A DNA stretch of 64,000 bases. Source: a phage. Below are positions 1-9,383 of this stretch, piece after piece; position 1 is the stretch's first letter, and every line of letters starts with the position of its first letter. Made by a program: the position numbers and the translations under genes. Under the pieces are notes generated by a model. It was not told the DNA's origin. It saw nothing but the letters and a program-made list of their open reading frames with translations, and made no database searches. The stretch lies in sequence record OZ335964.1, one strand, 5' to 3'.

Positions 1-739
1 CACACCCGTTATCAATAAACAATGAATCGATCGGACCTTCTAAGAAATACACTGGTTTGCTCGGATCGGCGCGTTCAAGACCATAGACCTTACTCGCTAA
101 CTCATGAGTTTTAATCGTCATATATTTGGTCTTTCCGTAATCCTTTCTCAATGCTCGCCCCTGAATGGATTCTATCTTGTTCTCACGGTTAAAGATAGGA
201 ATCACTAAACGCGGTTCAGGTTGTGGATTCTTGAAAGTATCAGCTTTAATGTGATTTGCTACCTTTTGCCATTCTCTCGTGAAATACAGAAGATCCCATT
301 TATCGTGAGGAATACAGCGATCACTAACATACTTTACTATAGGATGATTAGCCGGAAGAGTATCTAATCTCTCGCAGAAAGGCAATGTTTGCACTTTCTT
401 AATCTCCGGCTTTTCTACCTTTTTCAGTGGCTTGAACGTGGTGTTCTTGTGGTCGCCTTGTTCCTTCCGTCTCTCCATAAGCCATTCCCTGAATAGGTCC
501 GGCTTATACTGTTTGAGAAATTCACCTAACGGCTGATTGTAGTTACAGTTGAAACAACCACAACGCAAACTATCCTTATAGGTATAGATACGGAATCGCG
601 CCATTGTGCTATTCTTTTTGGAATCTCCGCAGATCGGACAACTTGCTACTAACGTAAATGAGTTAGTATGTAACCGCTTGAAATTTCGTTCGCCGTATAA
701 TGCTTTTTCGGCTATTTCATAATCTGCGTAGTAAATCAT
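1..739 (-). CDS. 61: DNA primase gp61, partial (C-terminus cut by window edge; ATG at 737-739)
   Basis: Reverse translation from 739 gives MIYYADYEIAEKALYGERNFK...CPICGDSK...CFNCNY (zinc ribbon) and ...PRLVIPIFN...YFLEGPIDSLF, matching recalled T4 gp61; lies downstream of gene 41 as in T4. Not in ORF track because open at window edge. Confidence 0.85.
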   Translation of the reverse strand, partial: MIYYADYEIAEKALYGERNFKRLHTNSFTLVASCPICGDSKKNSTMARFRIYTYKDSLRCGCFNCNYNQPLGEFLKQYKPDLFREWLMERRKEQGDHKNTTFKPLKKVEKPEIKKVQTLPFCERLDTLPANHPIVKYVSDRCIPHDKWDLLYFTREWQKVANHIKADTFKNPQPEPRLVIPIFNRENKIESIQGRALRKDYGKTKYMTIKTHELASKVYGLERADPSKPVYFLEGPIDSLFIDNGC

Positions 740-746
740 AAGATCC

Positions 747-1310
747 TCACTGTATATTTTTACTTCTTTGCTTTCCTATCCAGATCCGTCTAACTGTTTC
801 CGCATTAACATCATATATTTTTGCGATCTTTGCCGCAGATCCGGTTCCTTTTAGAGTTTTGATTTCTTCAATCTGATCTTTGGTTAATTTAGCCCAATGG
901 TGTGCATCACCATAACACGAACTCAGACCGTGTGTCAATGCATGAATCTGATTTTCTGATTGTGTAACCCATTCAAGATTATATAGGTCATGGTTTCTTT
1001 TGTTTCCATCGATATGATTAACAAACGGCAAATTGTTTACGTTTGGTATAAACGCTTCTGCTTTTGCTCTGTGTATGTATATCGATAGAGATTTAACCCT
1101 AGACCCTGAACTAGTTTTATTACCGTAAGGATCTCTGATTCTTGCTACGGCGTATCCACCGCTTCTTCCGGCTACAGATTCTCTATAAATCTTTCCTGTT
1201 TTCTTGTTTCTAATGCGTCCATATGAGCTAACCTCGTAGCCTGGCATTTCGACGCCCATATAAACAAGGTCTTTCCATTCTTCTGGATGTTCGTCACAAT
1301 ACCGTTTCAT
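747..1310 (-). CDS. free-standing HNH homing endonuclease (HNH_3-type with C-terminal HTH)
   Basis: Motif FVNHIDGNKRNHDLYNLEWVTQSENQIHA plus C-terminal helix-turn-helix AKIAKIYDVNAETVRRIWIGK; sits between primase and the 61.x-region ORFs. Confidence 0.8.
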   Translation of the reverse strand: MKRYCDEHPEEWKDLVYMGVEMPGYEVSSYGRIRNKKTGKIYRESVAGRSGGYAVARIRDPYGNKTSSGSRVKSLSIYIHRAKAEAFIPNVNNLPFVNHIDGNKRNHDLYNLEWVTQSENQIHALTHGLSSCYGDAHHWAKLTKDQIEEIKTLKGTGSAAKIAKIYDVNAETVRRIWIGKQRSKNIQ

Positions 1311-1325
1311 GATGTTATTAACCTC

Positions 1326-1529
1326 TTATAGCTCAAATTTCATGAAAGTTCCTACACTTTCATTTTCATTCTCTCCGTTCTCATCTAAGCCAAATTTGTA
1401 GACACTACCATCTGGCGATGTGTAAGAGAATACACGAAAACGGCCTACCGGATCAAGTTCCATGAACTCATATTCTTTTCCGGCTTCAAACAGTGCATAT
1501 GTGCTCTTAAGACATTTCATCGTAATCAT
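1326..1529 (-). CDS. hypothetical protein (67 aa)
   Basis: Co-oriented ORF in 61-41 interval; no recognisable motif. Confidence 0.35.
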   Translation of the reverse strand: MITMKCLKSTYALFEAGKEYEFMELDPVGRFRVFSYTSPDGSVYKFGLDENGENENESVGTFMKFEL

Positions 1530-1717
1530 TTAAGTGCCACCGACAACAGAATGAGAACTACACCAACATACATTGTGATCTCGGATAACTTTTCTGTTTT
1601 TGTTTTGTGTCCAGATAATCCGAAAACAACAACACCGATAATAGCGGACAGCAAGCCAACGATAAACATGATGATACTAAGCACCGTCTTTCTCCTTCTT
1701 GCGTTTTTCTTTACCAA
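1526..1717 (-). CDS. small membrane protein (63 aa)
   Basis: Two hydrophobic stretches (LSIIMFIVGLLSAIIGVVVFGL; MYVGVVLILLSVAL); stop/start overlap with neighbour. Confidence 0.4.
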   Translation of the reverse strand: MVKKNARRRKTVLSIIMFIVGLLSAIIGVVVFGLSGHKTKTEKLSEITMYVGVVLILLSVALK

Positions 1718-1849
1718 CTACACTAGGTCCACGATTGGTAATAGATCCGCTCGTTTCCCCCGCTGCGATCTTCTCAGGATTGCCGCCAGCATCGCCAGCG
1801 GTCATATCTTCTTTGAGTTTATTTTCTTCAACAAACTGTTTAAAGCCAA

Positions 1850-2224
1850 TCATAGAATAATCTCTTTCAGTAAGTCAACAATCTGGTCTTTCGTCAGTTT
1901 ATCCTGATTCTCTACAATCTTGATGACACAAGCGTTAACATCTTTGCGAGTCACGCGGGAGATCGTTTTAATACGATGAAACGGTTCGTAGAAATATACT
2001 GCTTCATTATAGAGCGCAGCAATTTTTCGACGCATTTGATCTTTATCAGCCAGAAAAACAATTGCAGTTTTCGGATCTACGCCAGCCACATCATAAAGTT
2101 CGGCGACTCCCCAGCGTCCTTCCGGTTCAATCATTCCGGCGTGTTTACCGTCGATAAAAATAAGAATATCTCCGTTGAATGCGGTTTTGAATGCTACATC
2201 TTCCGGCGTAATCATATTTTTCAT
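1850..2224 (-). CDS. hypothetical protein (124 aa)
   Basis: Co-oriented ORF in 61-41 interval (T4 61.1-61.5 region by synteny). Confidence 0.45.
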   Translation of the reverse strand: MKNMITPEDVAFKTAFNGDILIFIDGKHAGMIEPEGRWGVAELYDVAGVDPKTAIVFLADKDQMRRKIAALYNEAVYFYEPFHRIKTISRVTRKDVNACVIKIVENQDKLTKDQIVDLLKEIIL

Positions 2225-2254
2225 AATATAGTCTCCTTAGAGTTTCATTATAGA

Positions 2255-2890
2255 TCAAGCGAATGTAGAAAGCAAATGTTTTGTTTCTTTCAGTTGTCGT
2301 TCAAGATCTTTGCGTTTCTCTTTAAGTTGCATTTTAGCATTGTTTCGCTGTTTTTCAACATCTTTATCGATGTGCTTAGTCCAATTATCAATATCAGAAT
2401 AAGTTGGCATACCCAATTCTAAGCCTAATGCGGTTGGATACAGGGTAACAGTCCATAAACCGCTAATCTTCTTAAATAGGTCGGGATGTAGTGTACTACC
2501 TACATCTTCCGGTGTCAACTCTTTTTCTTCTTTCAGTGGTGGGATCTCGTCATATGGTTCCAGCGCATTTACTTTAATATCAGATACCTCATCAAAGAAT
2601 CCGCGTACATCCGCAGGAAATACACAGGCAATTTCCCAACCGTGATCACGCAGAGAAGTAATATTTTTCACTCCCCCACCATGCGTGATGATTGATGTGA
2701 CATTGCCATCAAGGTCCACCGAATTTACGAGAAATGGCTTATCGTCTGTCAGATCATTATAAAACTGTGCTTCGGCTGTAGTCATCTCCAGAAACAGATC
2801 TCGGATCGGACGACCATCAGGTGCGTTACCTTCCTTGAGAGTATAAAAGCGACTTACGATCCATTTTGGCGGTAAAGCATTAGCGATCAT
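2255..2890 (-). CDS. hypothetical protein (211 aa), 61.x-region
   Basis: Co-oriented ORF immediately downstream of gene 41; coding-like composition; no motif recognised. Confidence 0.45.
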   Translation of the reverse strand: MIANALPPKWIVSRFYTLKEGNAPDGRPIRDLFLEMTTAEAQFYNDLTDDKPFLVNSVDLDGNVTSIITHGGGVKNITSLRDHGWEIACVFPADVRGFFDEVSDIKVNALEPYDEIPPLKEEKELTPEDVGSTLHPDLFKKISGLWTVTLYPTALGLELGMPTYSDIDNWTKHIDKDVEKQRNNAKMQLKEKRKDLERQLKETKHLLSTFA

Positions 2891-2940
2891 GTTATATCTC
2901 CTATCAAATCATTCACCAGCGCCCCGTAGGGCGCATTTTA

Positions 2941-4353
2941 TTAGAAAGTCATGTTATTTGCTAGCTCGTCGAGTTTTTCTCGTTTCTCGGCTTGCTGTGC
3001 GCTTTGTGGTTTAACTTGTGCATTCTCCTGATCTGCGATCTGGTTTGGAACTTCATACCAACGCTGATTTCCTTTTTTCACACCAACGTTAAACCGTGAA
3101 TAGTAGTTCTTATCGCCGTAACGAGACTTGATCTGCTTCATGAGTTGAACGCCCATTTTAGCAAGGTCTTCGGTTTCGATAACACCCAACATAAAATCGG
3201 CTGTAGCCGGAAGACCTGCTGATTCAGCGGTATCACTCATGTTAAGGTCTGACGCATCCCAACCCGCGCGGGTAGTCTGTGCCGCAGTCCAACCAACAAC
3301 ATCCCACTTAACAAAAAAACCTCGCAGTTCTTCCGCAATCGCCTTAACTAGTGTGTAACTATTTTCAGAGTATACACGCAAGCGAGACGATGCGCAAATC
3401 CCCAGATAGTCAACAATCACAACATCAGGTTTAAACTGTTTCTTGAGTCGCAATTCATTCATTAACGCCTCAAAGTGATTGGAGTTCGCGCCACCAGTCG
3501 GATACTGCTTGATCATCAATTTTCCAACCGGACGATCTCCGATCTTCTTATTCTTAACACGCTTCATACGTGCGGAATATTCCGCAAAAGAAACATTACC
3601 ATTATCCAATTCATCTAATGTAATGTCAAGCAAGTTTGCGTCAATACGTTTGGCTACGACATGCTCTGCCATCTCCATTGAGATATACAATACATCATAA
3701 CCACATTCCATATAATCCGCAGCAAGAGAACACAATCCAAGCGATTTACCAACATTTACACCAGCAAGCAACACATTTAGCGTTTTTCTTTCCGCCCCTC
3801 CTTTCGTGATTTTATTCAACATCGGCAGCTTAAACGGGATCTTATTCGCTTTAGTCTGATATAGCAAGAATCGTTTTTCAAAGTCATTAAACCAGTCATG
3901 ACCTACATCAGAATCAAACGTAATGGATAGTGCTTCCTGCATGATCTCAGGAATAGCTCCCTCACCCGGCAATTTCTTATTCTGTTTCTCTTTTGGTAGT
4001 TGTGCGTTCGCTTGAATCTCTAGCGCCCGTGACATTGCATTGTACATAGCGCGGTCGCGGATAAATTTTTCGGTTTCCTTCATTAACCAATCAAGGTCTT
4101 CCGGTGTATTCTCCAGCGAATCGAGAAGAGTTTTAGCCCCTTCATATGTTGTCTGATTGCCTCTCTCCTTGTCTAAAGCAATCTGTAATGCAGTTGGCGT
4201 AGGAATGTTGGAATATTCGTCTACGTGCTTTTTAATCAGCTTATAAATCAGTTTTTCTTCGTCTTCGGTGAAGTAGTCCGCTTTAAGATGAGGCCATACA
4301 TTCGTAAAGAATGCGCCATTGTAAATCAACTGTGAAAAGATAGTTTTAATCAT
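2941..4353 (-). CDS. 41: replicative DNA helicase gp41 (DnaB-like)
   Basis: 470 aa; Walker A LLAGVNVGKSLGLCS; strong collinear similarity to recalled T4 gp41 (e.g. ...QYPTGGA..., ...WTAAQ..., ...IKSRYGDKN...). Confidence 0.92.
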   Translation of the reverse strand: MIKTIFSQLIYNGAFFTNVWPHLKADYFTEDEEKLIYKLIKKHVDEYSNIPTPTALQIALDKERGNQTTYEGAKTLLDSLENTPEDLDWLMKETEKFIRDRAMYNAMSRALEIQANAQLPKEKQNKKLPGEGAIPEIMQEALSITFDSDVGHDWFNDFEKRFLLYQTKANKIPFKLPMLNKITKGGAERKTLNVLLAGVNVGKSLGLCSLAADYMECGYDVLYISMEMAEHVVAKRIDANLLDITLDELDNGNVSFAEYSARMKRVKNKKIGDRPVGKLMIKQYPTGGANSNHFEALMNELRLKKQFKPDVVIVDYLGICASSRLRVYSENSYTLVKAIAEELRGFFVKWDVVGWTAAQTTRAGWDASDLNMSDTAESAGLPATADFMLGVIETEDLAKMGVQLMKQIKSRYGDKNYYSRFNVGVKKGNQRWYEVPNQIADQENAQVKPQSAQQAEKREKLDELANNMTF

Positions 4354-4667
4354 ACATAGCCCCCAACTACACGCATAACAAAGGTCTTGAGTTTATACCA
4401 GAAAGTTTCTTTTTTCAACTTTTCTTCTGCTTCTTTGATTTGCGCTGTTAACGCCTTAATGACGTGAGGATATACCACATCACGATCTGACGGCGTGGAG
4501 TAGTCGACCACAATACCTTTAGTGTCTGGATCGTATTCAACATTATGAATATAGACAATATGATGTTCTCCCTCTTCATCAACAATTATCAATTCCTGAA
4601 TAACTGTCTTCATTGCTTCTTGAATCAAGCCGTGTGCTTCTTCTAAACTGGTTGGTTTCTTATCCAT
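4350..4667 (-). CDS. 40: gp40-like protein (head vertex assembly chaperone by synteny)
   Basis: 105 aa ORF between uvsX and 41 exactly as T4 gene 40; stop overlaps start of 41. Assignment by position only. Confidence 0.45.
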   Translation of the reverse strand: MDKKPTSLEEAHGLIQEAMKTVIQELIIVDEEGEHHIVYIHNVEYDPDTKGIVVDYSTPSDRDVVYPHVIKALTAQIKEAEEKLKKETFWYKLKTFVMRVVGGYV

Positions 4668-4687
4668 AATATAATCCTCTCTAGATA

Positions 4688-4710
4688 TGAAAAAGGGGCA
4701 CGTAGCCCCT
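4688..4710 (-). terminator. rho-independent terminator after uvsX
   Basis: Minus strand reads GGGGC-uacgu-GCCCC followed by UUUUUCAU directly after the uvsX stop. Confidence 0.55.
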
Positions 4711-4722
4711 TTACTACCATTG

Positions 4723-5793
4723 TTATGCTAACATATCTTCGATTTCTTTGTCAACTGCTTCGTCGCTGATCACTTGCCCCAGCTTATAATGATCGTTGAT
4801 TGCTTCGTTAAACTTATCGTTTGTCAGAAGTGGTTTCCAGAACTCAATGCTATTGGTTTCTTTAGCACGGAACTTGCGTTCTTCGGTTTCCATCTCTCCG
4901 GTCTCCGTATTCAGGATTGAACGAGAATACCAGCCGTTTGACGGTTTCACTACCCAACCTAACTCTACAGCCAACTCCAGCAAACCGGAATAAGGATCGA
5001 TGCCACCGCTAAACGTTACGCTAATCGGGAACTTAGATTTTTCTTTAACGGTTCGTGATTTTTCCGCATTCAGGATAAAATCATAGCCAGTAATTTCGGT
5101 TCCTTCTTTCTGCTGACGACGACCAATAATGAAAACTTCATTGGCTGAATACATCGCGCCCGTACCGCCGGACATAACGGTCTTACTAAACATTTCTTGC
5201 GTTTCGTAAGTGTGGTTAATAGCGATGCACGGGATATCATTCATAGTCAGATATGGCGTCACCATACGGAACAAGCCTTTAAGTGCTTTAGCTCGCGTCA
5301 TATCCTGTGCGGATTTCTCATTAATCGCGTCTTCAACTTCTTTTTTACTTGCTAAGTTACCGATTGAGTCAATAAAGATGATCACTTTATCTTCACGGGT
5401 AATTTGCTCAAGCTGGTTCATGATTTCAAATTTAAGTTCTTCGATGTTCTTGATTGGAACATGCACCACGCGATCAGGATCTACACCCATAGATTCAAGA
5501 TAAGCGGATGTAATACCGAACTCAGAATCAAAGAACAAACACGCCGCATCAGGATTCTGTTTCATGTATGCACTAACGCAAGTTAATCCCATGTTTGATT
5601 TAAAGTGCTTAGACGGACCAGCAAAGAAAATCAGACCAGATTGAAAGCCTTTTTTAAGATCACCGGAAAACGCAATATTCAGCATCGGGATCTTAGTGCG
5701 AGTATTTGTTTTTTCGTTAAAGAAGCTGGATTTAGACAGTACCGCAGTAGTTTTCAGGGTAGAGTTCTTTTTCAGTTTTTCCAGTACAGACAT
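4723..5793 (-). CDS. uvsX: recombinase UvsX (RecA-like)
   Basis: N-terminus ...FFNEKTNTRTKIPMLNIAFSGDLKKGFQSGLIFFAGPSKHFKSN... closely parallels recalled T4 UvsX; P-loop GPSKHFKS. Confidence 0.9.
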   Translation of the reverse strand: MSVLEKLKKNSTLKTTAVLSKSSFFNEKTNTRTKIPMLNIAFSGDLKKGFQSGLIFFAGPSKHFKSNMGLTCVSAYMKQNPDAACLFFDSEFGITSAYLESMGVDPDRVVHVPIKNIEELKFEIMNQLEQITREDKVIIFIDSIGNLASKKEVEDAINEKSAQDMTRAKALKGLFRMVTPYLTMNDIPCIAINHTYETQEMFSKTVMSGGTGAMYSANEVFIIGRRQQKEGTEITGYDFILNAEKSRTVKEKSKFPISVTFSGGIDPYSGLLELAVELGWVVKPSNGWYSRSILNTETGEMETEERKFRAKETNSIEFWKPLLTNDKFNEAINDHYKLGQVISDEAVDKEIEDMLA

Positions 5794-5804
5794 TATTAAT
5801 ACCT

Positions 5805-6032
5805 CTATTCAGTTAATCCGTAATACTTTAATTGCTTCATTGTTATTCGATCTTTGTAGTGCTCTTGAATTAACTTTTTCATCGCATCAACATCGATCGT
5901 CACAAATACTTCGTTGCTGTGATTTCCGTGAACTTTCTTGAAATGCTCTATGCCTTCCTCACGTTCACGTTTAATCTTTTCAATGTCTCTCATAGTATAT
6001 TTCTCACGTTGGCGGGTATCGTCACCCAACAC
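5805..6032 (-). CDS. hypothetical protein (75 aa)
   Basis: Only ORF between uvsX and polymerase; T4 carries beta-gt/42/imm here. Confidence 0.35.
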   Translation of the reverse strand: MLGDDTRQREKYTMRDIEKIKREREEGIEHFKKVHGNHSNEVFVTIDVDAMKKLIQEHYKDRITMKQLKYYGLTE

Positions 6033-6054
6033 CCGCCATTATACACACTTTATC

Positions 6055-7239
6055 TTAAATGTCAAACAGGTCAGTCAGAGAAGCAACTTTTTCATATTGC
6101 AGCTTTGCAGCCGTGGTAATGTTCTCCAGTGGTTTGACGAAAGTCTTATTAAACAACAAAGGCCAGTCTAACCACTTTAACACCTCGCTTTCAATTTCTG
6201 GAGGAATACGAGTACCGGACAACCAACCAAAACAGATTTCTCCAAACGGATTTCGATCTTTAAGCGGTACGATCATAACCTTCTCGCCTTCACGAATCGG
6301 ATCTAGTCCGAATTTTCGAGCATTACGATTATAACACAATACACTCTTAACCGCATACGGACAACCCTTAATCGGATACCCGTTTGAATCGCTGTATTTC
6401 TGTAGGTTGTTTGCAGATGATACCGCAGCAACCTCAAGATAGTCAAGTTTTCTAAACTCTTGCTCAAAAATACCGTAGTATTCCTGTAGCGATTCTTCCC
6501 CTTCCTGCAACATACGGCGAATACATTCTTTCAGTGATTTCTGACATGCTTTAGGGGTGGAGCTACGTTGCGTTTCCAAGCCCATGATTTTTAGCTTAGG
6601 TTCAGCAAAGCGCGTTCCTTCCATATCCCAAACATTAAGAGCATAACGCTTTTTGCCAGTCCAGAATCCACCGATACCCGCAGATTTCAACGGAGGACCA
6701 GCAATTGCCTCACGGTCCATAAACATCAAGTGCTCATAGTTATTCATGTACTCGCATAACTCGCGATATCCCTTGTCGATAATAGGTTCCATCCGATGTT
6801 TACCGAAATTATCAAGGAAGTCAACAAGTTTTTCGGTATCGTCGAAACGGTCTTCCCCGCCAACCTTATCAACAACATTGTTAACCAGCACATAAACGGA
6901 GTCAGTATCACAATAACGAACATATGCAAAATCAGTTGTTCCGCAAAGCTCGTTTAAGTATTCGTTAATCTTACGCTCAATCCATCTAATAGCGACCTGT
7001 CCAAATAGCGTAATCGCACTAGCATTACGCAGATCGTATAGGCGGAAACGTGGATTCCCAAGCGCGCCATAAAGGCTATTAATCAATACCTTACGAGAAA
7101 GCTGGTTTGTATTACATAAAACCGATTCGTTTTGACAATAGGTTAATAACTGCTTTAACTCATCTACAGACATTGACTCGAATTGTTCTAGCTGTTCGTC
7201 GGTGAAGTCTGAACGAACATCAATATTTTTAATATCCAA
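6055..7239 (-). CDS. 43: DNA polymerase gp43, C-terminal fragment (polymerase domain; '43B')
   Basis: 394 aa; starts just before KVLINSLYG (motif A), contains YCDTDS (motif C) and WTGKKRYA; collinear with the C-terminal ~390 aa of recalled T4 gp43. Probable TTG start preceded by GGGGGTGA SD. Confidence 0.9.
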   Translation of the reverse strand: MDIKNIDVRSDFTDEQLEQFESMSVDELKQLLTYCQNESVLCNTNQLSRKVLINSLYGALGNPRFRLYDLRNASAITLFGQVAIRWIERKINEYLNELCGTTDFAYVRYCDTDSVYVLVNNVVDKVGGEDRFDDTEKLVDFLDNFGKHRMEPIIDKGYRELCEYMNNYEHLMFMDREAIAGPPLKSAGIGGFWTGKKRYALNVWDMEGTRFAEPKLKIMGLETQRSSTPKACQKSLKECIRRMLQEGEESLQEYYGIFEQEFRKLDYLEVAAVSSANNLQKYSDSNGYPIKGCPYAVKSVLCYNRNARKFGLDPIREGEKVMIVPLKDRNPFGEICFGWLSGTRIPPEIESEVLKWLDWPLLFNKTFVKPLENITTAAKLQYEKVASLTDLFDI

Positions 7240-7259
7240 TATTTCACCCCCATCAACGA

Positions 7260-7817
7260 TTAATGTATAATTGCATATTCGCCATGATATTGTACTATAT
7301 GCCTATTATACGCGTCAATAGCTTCTTCTTCCGAATCAAAGTATCCTATATGATGCGTCTCGTGGTTTACTGTTATTCGAACACGCCATTTATCATAACC
7401 TCTCACCTTTGAGATTCCTTTGTATTTTGAAGTCCTTCCCTCAATAGAAATTGATCCATTGCTATTAATCTGATTTTCGTTATGAGAAGCCGCCCTTAAA
7501 TTTTCAATTCTATTATTGGTTCGAACTCTATCAACATGATCTATTTGAGTTTTTCCATTAATAGGTCTTTCCTTGCTAGGACAATGACCATGAAACATAT
7601 GGTATATCACACGATGAATTTTTCTAGCTTTGCCATCTATCCAAACTTTGCAATATCCTTGCTTGTCAGGAAACCTCCCGATCACCTGACCTTTTTGTGC
7701 TTGACTGCTGGTAGATATCTTTCTAATCAATATTCCATCGTCATATTGAAATAATCTGTGATAGAGTTCATAAAGTCTCTTATCTTCGTCATTGTAATGA
7801 ATAACTTGATACATCAC
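7260..7817 (-). CDS. HNH-AP2 homing endonuclease inserted within gene 43
   Basis: HNH motif QIDHVDRVRTNNRIENLRAASHNENQ followed by AP2-like DNA-binding module YKGISKVRGYDKWRVRITVNHETHHIGYFDSEEEAIDAYN; start overlaps stop of 43 N-fragment. Confidence 0.8.
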   Translation of the reverse strand: MMYQVIHYNDEDKRLYELYHRLFQYDDGILIRKISTSSQAQKGQVIGRFPDKQGYCKVWIDGKARKIHRVIYHMFHGHCPSKERPINGKTQIDHVDRVRTNNRIENLRAASHNENQINSNGSISIEGRTSKYKGISKVRGYDKWRVRITVNHETHHIGYFDSEEEAIDAYNRHIVQYHGEYAIIH

Positions 7818-9331
7818 AACTCACCTCGCTTCTTCAATATTTCTTTTATTCGTTCAGCATTACGGTCACACGCCAACATCATGTTTTTGTACTGCTTACG
7901 CTGATCGAATACTTTCTTGATCTCAATCGGTATAATTCCATGAATATCTTTACGATACATCCAACCGTTAGGAGAACACGAGTATTCATCGCTAGGTCGT
8001 GGTGCTGTCTTATTAACATAATCATCAATTGGCGCGGCTTCAAACGATCCAGCGATTGTTTCCGGCGAAATGTTAACCTGTCGAATAATAGATGGGTACA
8101 GACTTGTTAAGTCAAAGCTCATCATCCAACGGTAAGCATTAGGTACTGGCTCTTTTACGAATGCGCCCGGATAAGTCTGCTTAGGCTGTATCTTATTTTC
8201 CGGTACTACTTTACCCTCAGCTTTCAGAGATCCGAAGATAATAGCATCCCATACTTTCATCGGGTTATAAACATGGTTAAATTTAATCTTTGCATAGAAA
8301 CATAGACTATACACAAGATCGATAAATCCACGCTTTTTATCAATCGCCAGCACACGATCAACGTCGCCGATGTTATAATCGATGTAAAGTTGATGGTTAT
8401 CATCACGCAATTTCTTTAACGGACCATCATAATCAACCTTACCGATTCCTGTCTCATATTCAGCAACATAATCTAATGCATATGTTGGTTGAGTCGTAAA
8501 GCTAAATTTCTTGTATAAGTCAATGTAGTCAAGGCTTTCGATCCCCATGATCGTAAATGCTTCACGCTCGTTGCCAAAATCATCCTGTGAGATTCGGGAT
8601 TTAATCTTACCGCACGGGCTTAGACGGTTAGCGGTTCTACTTCCGAACTTATTACTGATACGTTTAATGATATATGGAATATCGAATGTTTCTGTGTTCC
8701 AGCCAGTGAAACCAACGGGTCGGTTTTCCTCAAAGAATCGGATGTATTCTAACAGCAATTCATCTTCTGTATCATAGACGTTATAAACAACGCGCTCTAC
8801 AATATCAGGTCGAAGAATAGACTTTCTTGCTTCCCAGATTTCACCGTTTTTTCCTTTCAAATCAAACACAAAGAAACGATCATGTACGGAATCATAATGC
8901 GTAATTGCATCGATAGGATATTTCGCTTCTTCTGGTTTAGGAAATTCCGGTGCAGTGACCTCGATATCAACCCATGCTACACGGATTTTATTTCGGTCAT
9001 ATCGAATCTCGCCTTTATATGTATCGGACAGATAGGAGATGATAAAATCATCCATCCCTAGCGCCTCTTGCCCCATTTCCCCCATCTTTTTACGCCATTT
9101 GTTGGCCTCGTTCATAGATGGGAATTTTTTAGCAATGCAAGGCTTGCCATAGATATCTTTATAATTTGTAACCATACCAGGCGCGGCATGATGAAATAAA
9201 GTTGGCGTATATTCAACGTAACGCTCTTGTTCTTGTCCAGCATCATCAATATAACGCTCGTAGATCTTATCACCTACTCGCTCACATGACAGAAAATACA
9301 TAATATAAACTCCTTCACTTACGAAAGACAC
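7814..9331 (-). CDS. 43: DNA polymerase gp43, N-terminal fragment (3'-5' exonuclease/N-terminal domains; '43A')
   Basis: 505 aa; collinear with N-terminal ~500 aa of recalled T4 gp43 (ERYIDD...REVEY.P..F, FTGWN.E.FDIPYI, LDYIDLYKKFSFT.QP.Y.LDY, MSFDLTSLYPSIIRQVNISPETIAG). Confidence 0.9.
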   Translation of the reverse strand: MSFVSEGVYIMYFLSCERVGDKIYERYIDDAGQEQERYVEYTPTLFHHAAPGMVTNYKDIYGKPCIAKKFPSMNEANKWRKKMGEMGQEALGMDDFIISYLSDTYKGEIRYDRNKIRVAWVDIEVTAPEFPKPEEAKYPIDAITHYDSVHDRFFVFDLKGKNGEIWEARKSILRPDIVERVVYNVYDTEDELLLEYIRFFEENRPVGFTGWNTETFDIPYIIKRISNKFGSRTANRLSPCGKIKSRISQDDFGNEREAFTIMGIESLDYIDLYKKFSFTTQPTYALDYVAEYETGIGKVDYDGPLKKLRDDNHQLYIDYNIGDVDRVLAIDKKRGFIDLVYSLCFYAKIKFNHVYNPMKVWDAIIFGSLKAEGKVVPENKIQPKQTYPGAFVKEPVPNAYRWMMSFDLTSLYPSIIRQVNISPETIAGSFEAAPIDDYVNKTAPRPSDEYSCSPNGWMYRKDIHGIIPIEIKKVFDQRKQYKNMMLACDRNAERIKEILKKRGEL

Positions 9332-9383
9332 TCATTATAGGGGAATCGACTTAGTTTGTCAATACCCCTATCCCATCAGTATC

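Noticed and set aside
7239-7817. Intein or group I intron interrupting gene 43
   Set aside because: The intervening ORF has its own start (overlapping the upstream stop) and stop, and is a complete HNH-AP2 endonuclease. The polymerase fragments are not in frame across it, and I saw no intein splice motifs or intron core elements. A free-standing endonuclease insertion that splits the gene is the simpler reading.
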